The notes under the pieces were generated by a model. It saw nothing but the letters and a program-made list of their open reading frames with translations. It was not told where the DNA came from and made no database searches. A stretch of DNA of 64,000 nt from Macrostomum lignano (Eukaryota), in assembly GCA_002269645.1 (NCBI GenBank), contig NIVC01000371.1:62001-126000 (forward strand), given 5' to 3'. This document shows, piece by piece, positions 60,446 to 64,000 of the stretch. Each line of letters opens with the position of its first letter. Position 1 is the stretch's first letter. A program made the translations under genes and the position numbers.

Positions 60446-60822
60446 TGAGGCTGTGTACATTGCTGACCCCAATCTGTTGGGGCTGGTGTGAGGCTGTGTA
60501 CATTGCTGACACCAATCTGTTGGGGCTGGTGTGAGGCTGTGTAAATTGCTGACCCCAATCTGTTGGGGCTAGTGTGAGGCTGTGTACATTGCTGACCCCA
60601 ATCTGTTGGGGCTGGTGTGAGGCTGTGTACATTGCTGACCCCAATCTGTTGGGGCTAGTGTGAGGCTGTGTACATTGCTGACCCCAATCTGTTGGGGCTG
60701 GTGTGAGGCTGTGTACATTGCTGACACCAATCTGTTGGGGTTGGTGTGAGGCTGTGTACATTGCTGACCCCAATCTGTTGGGGCTGGTGTGAGGCTGTGT
60801 ACATTGCTGACCCCAATCTGCT
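60446..60822. repeat. 43-bp minisatellite (integrin intron 1)
   Basis: About 9 copies of GTGTGAGGCTGTGTACATTGCTGACCCCAATCTGTTGGGGCT(G/A). Confidence 0.94.
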
Positions 60823-61709
60823 GGCCGCTCTAATCTCTAGCTCTTGGAGTATGTACATTAAAATGTACACTTCCAACTTTAGAAAAGGTTTCACGCTCTC
60901 CATTCGGTAATTTTGAATGTTAGTTAGAAAATGCTTAAATCAAACACAGTTTCCTAGCAAATTTATACTCTGGGGTGAATTTGTTATATACTATCTTCAA
61001 TTATAAATGCACCGATTGCACTATACACTGTAAGTCAGCCCAGCGCCAAATCCGGCAGCTGGCGATCCTCGATTATTTCTCGCACTCGTCTCTCCCTCCG
61101 TCCATTTCTTGCCCGACACCCCCTTTCGGATGATGATGCAGGAATCTGGGCCTTGTTAAGGGGGGGGGGGCAGTGCTGACCGGGGACGGGCGCAAAGATG
61201 CGAATCTCGAATTCAAGGGCGGGGGGCGATGATCCTGTATGGCATGGGGAAGTAACAGTGAGGGCTGAACAAGCCTGCGAATCCTCATTGATTGGCATCA
61301 GAGCATTTGGCCACTGTTGGCGCCGTTCCTCCCTCTCCCCCCTCTCTCCCTCTCCACTCCCACTCTCACTATTTTTCTCTGCCAGATTCGCCGCGTGTCG
61401 CAGATGGTTGCCATTTTTGGTCGGCCGAAGAAAGCCTGCGGACCATTTTTGCGGCAACCTAAAAATTCTCCTTTTTCAAACCCTCCTAGCTATAGTTGTG
61501 TTGTGTTCTTTCAACTTTTCTGCGCACGCGGTAAAAGGCAGGCAGGGTGAAAATTCAAGTACACAATGAACAAGCGGTAGCTATGCACAATTGTCACAAA
61601 ACTATTCGTTTGATCCTGTTAGAAATTGGTAAACACCGTTCTGTGAATGCTGCTGCTGCTGGTGTTGGTGAAAGTTCAAACAAGCAGTCGAATACAACCG
61701 ATGGTGCAA

Positions 61710-62040
61710 GATATTCTATTCTATTCAATTCTATTCTATTCAATTCTATTCTATTCTATTCTATTCTATTCTATTCTATTCTATTCTATTCTATTCTATT
61801 CTATTCTATTCTATTCAATTCAATTCTATTCCATTCTATTCTATTCTATTCTATTCTATTCTATTCTATTCTATTCTATTCTATTCTATTTTATTCTATT
61901 CCATTCTATTCTATTCTATTCTATTCTATTCTATTCTATTCTATTCTATTCTATTCTATTCTATTCTATTCCATTCTATTCTATTCTATTCTATTCTATT
62001 CTATTCTATTCTATTCTATTCTATTCTATTCTATTTCATT
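61710..62040. repeat. (ATTCT)n pentanucleotide microsatellite
   Basis: About 65 copies. Confidence 0.97.
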
Positions 62041-64000
62041 ATATTCCATTCTATCCTTTTCTATTTATTCCGAGCCCGCCCCCTCCCAAGAATCCAACAA
62101 AAGTTAAACAATCTGAATAAAGAATAATATTACACTGTAGTAATAATGATAGTAATAGTAATGGTATTAGAAATAATAATAATAGTTGGGGGCACCCTGG
62201 GGAAACGCCTTTGCGTTTGCGTACGGAACCGAACCAAAGGTTTTTGTGCCAGAGTCGGACGCGTTCACCTCTGAACTGCTCTGCTCCCACGATCTGAACT
62301 ACGCGGTGCAATCCGACACCGAAATGCCATGGTAACCGCCGAGATGCGGTGCCGAATCGAATCAAATTGGAACAGCTGTGCCCCCCTCCCTGAATAGGAA
62401 AGTTCAGTGCAAAGGGCATCGACAGACATTCAAAATCCTAAGGGACTTTTATGAAAGATGGATGGGTGGAATGGTCCTCGGAGATCCAATTCTGAAGTTC
62501 CCCGCAAACTTCTTAGACTTTTGCCAATGCAGTCTGAAGTGGGCTCGAAGAGGTTAGGGTCTCCCTCCTGTTGTCTGCCTGTCTCCTTTATCTCTCTAAT
62601 TGAAATGCTTTCTTCCCTTTTACTTGATTATCCCATTTTGTGCCACTGTAGACAATATAAATATTCTGTATCTATAGAGATATGGCTATTTAAGAGCAGG
62701 ATTAAGAGCAGGAAGAACCGGATCAAAAGTTTGGGATAAGTTTGGGCCGGGCACAATCAGTGCGCTGGAATTCCTTTTAATTTGGCGGCCTTGTCATTGG
62801 GAGGCCAGGGGATCTAATTTCGCATAGAAAAAACCCGGGGAGAAGCATCTCCCACCCTGTCACTCAGCCTCTCACTCTCCCATAAACTCGCTAGCGGTGC
62901 GTGCCTTTCCCCCCCCCCCCCTAGTTCCCCCCCCTGATTCTCCTCCCATCGAGCAGAAAAACCATCGCATATCCCCACAGACCCCTGCCTACATTTGCAG
63001 CAGCAATAACCCAGTTGTGGAAGCAGAGCACCCCCTGGACTCAGCGTCAATTGCCTTTGGTCCAGCGCAGTCCACAAACTGTACCCCCCCCCTCCCACTC
63101 GAGAAGCAGCCCTCGCTTGTGTCAGCTCGGCTTAGCAACTACATGTAGAAGAGCTCTGACGCAGAGGAGAAGCGGACGCTTTGATCGCGGCGCTTTTAGT
63201 TTTGCCCAAGCCGCTGCAAATGCGGTTAAGCTATCGCCATATATGTGAATGTATATTTTATATAAATGCATTTTGCATATAGGCTGAGGACAAGTTCGAC
63301 AAGACTACGGATTTTTCAGCTAGGCAAGATTTGAGATTAGTTCGGTCGGGACAAGTCGTGATGATAGAATTGATAAGAGATTCTTTAAAACTTCCTATCA
63401 ACAACTAATCGAAATTGGTGGCAGATTTTTATTTTGTGAGAAGTTTCGGCTTTCAAAAGTTTTTGATTTGCGTCAGTGCTCAAAACGCTCTCAAACTGGT
63501 TCCTTTCCATGACCTGAATTTTTCTAAGAAATGTGAGCCTTCAAAAAGATTTTCAAGAAGCAAAATATTCAGTCCAATCCAATTACCACCTATAGTGGTC
63601 CTGGAACAATAATCCAACGGACAATAAAAATAATTTTCGCGCGCATTAGAAATTAAACGACTCCGCCTCTTCAGGAGATAATTAACCTTTTCCCCGCGCG
63701 CCAGGCGTCGCCCTAGATAGAGAAAAAAAGTGCAAAATAAGCGGCGACACCGATAACTCTCGGCCAATTTTTATGGCTTGTCGGGTGGCTTGAAGTCTTT
63801 TTTATTGGGATGGGTTCTGCTGTCCTAGGGTAGCTTCGGATCCAGTTCAAAATCTGTGAAGCTAATAAACTAGCAATTATCAACTGCGAACTCTGCGGAG
63901 TTTTATTGAAGTTCTGCGCTAATCATGCAACTACGAAACTCTCCAAGTTTAGTTTTCAGCCGCTAGAGATAAAATCCACCAGTTCTTATCTGTTAGGTGA

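Noticed and set aside
60830-64000. Further integrin exons and short ORFs (e.g. 61035-61457, 62051-62419)
   Set aside because: No seventh FG-GAP or thigh-domain sequence and no convincing splice-phase-consistent exon was found.

Overview
Eukaryotic (metazoan) genomic DNA. GC-rich exons are separated by introns that nearly all carry their own minisatellite; this style suggests a flatworm such as Macrostomum, which is an inference. Five spliced genes lie co-oriented on the minus strand: a MARCHF6/Doa10 E3 ligase (1959-8773, 6 exons), a reticulon (11586-13591), a Raf kinase (16152-24263, 6 exons, two missed by the ORF track), HAP40/F8A (34678-40705, 5 exons) and an uncharacterised, probably beta-propeller protein (41517-45891). 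The first exon of an integrin alpha lies on the plus strand (58928-60377). Mobile DNA includes a decayed D,D34D mariner with perfect TIRs in a Raf intron, TA- and 8-bp-TSD MITEs, and a 4.3-kb foldback-type element (29251-33594; 9-bp TSD, arms built of 177-bp repeats) with a 5'-truncated RTE-like LINE between its arms. Other highlights: splice acceptors just upstream of four start codons (candidate SL trans-spliced, operon-like cluster), two sharply bounded CpG-depleted domains with a heavy deamination signature, a cluster of five RFX X-box palindromes, and three apparent single-base insertions in coding or splice regions that may be assembly errors. No rRNA, tRNA or CRISPR array was seen.
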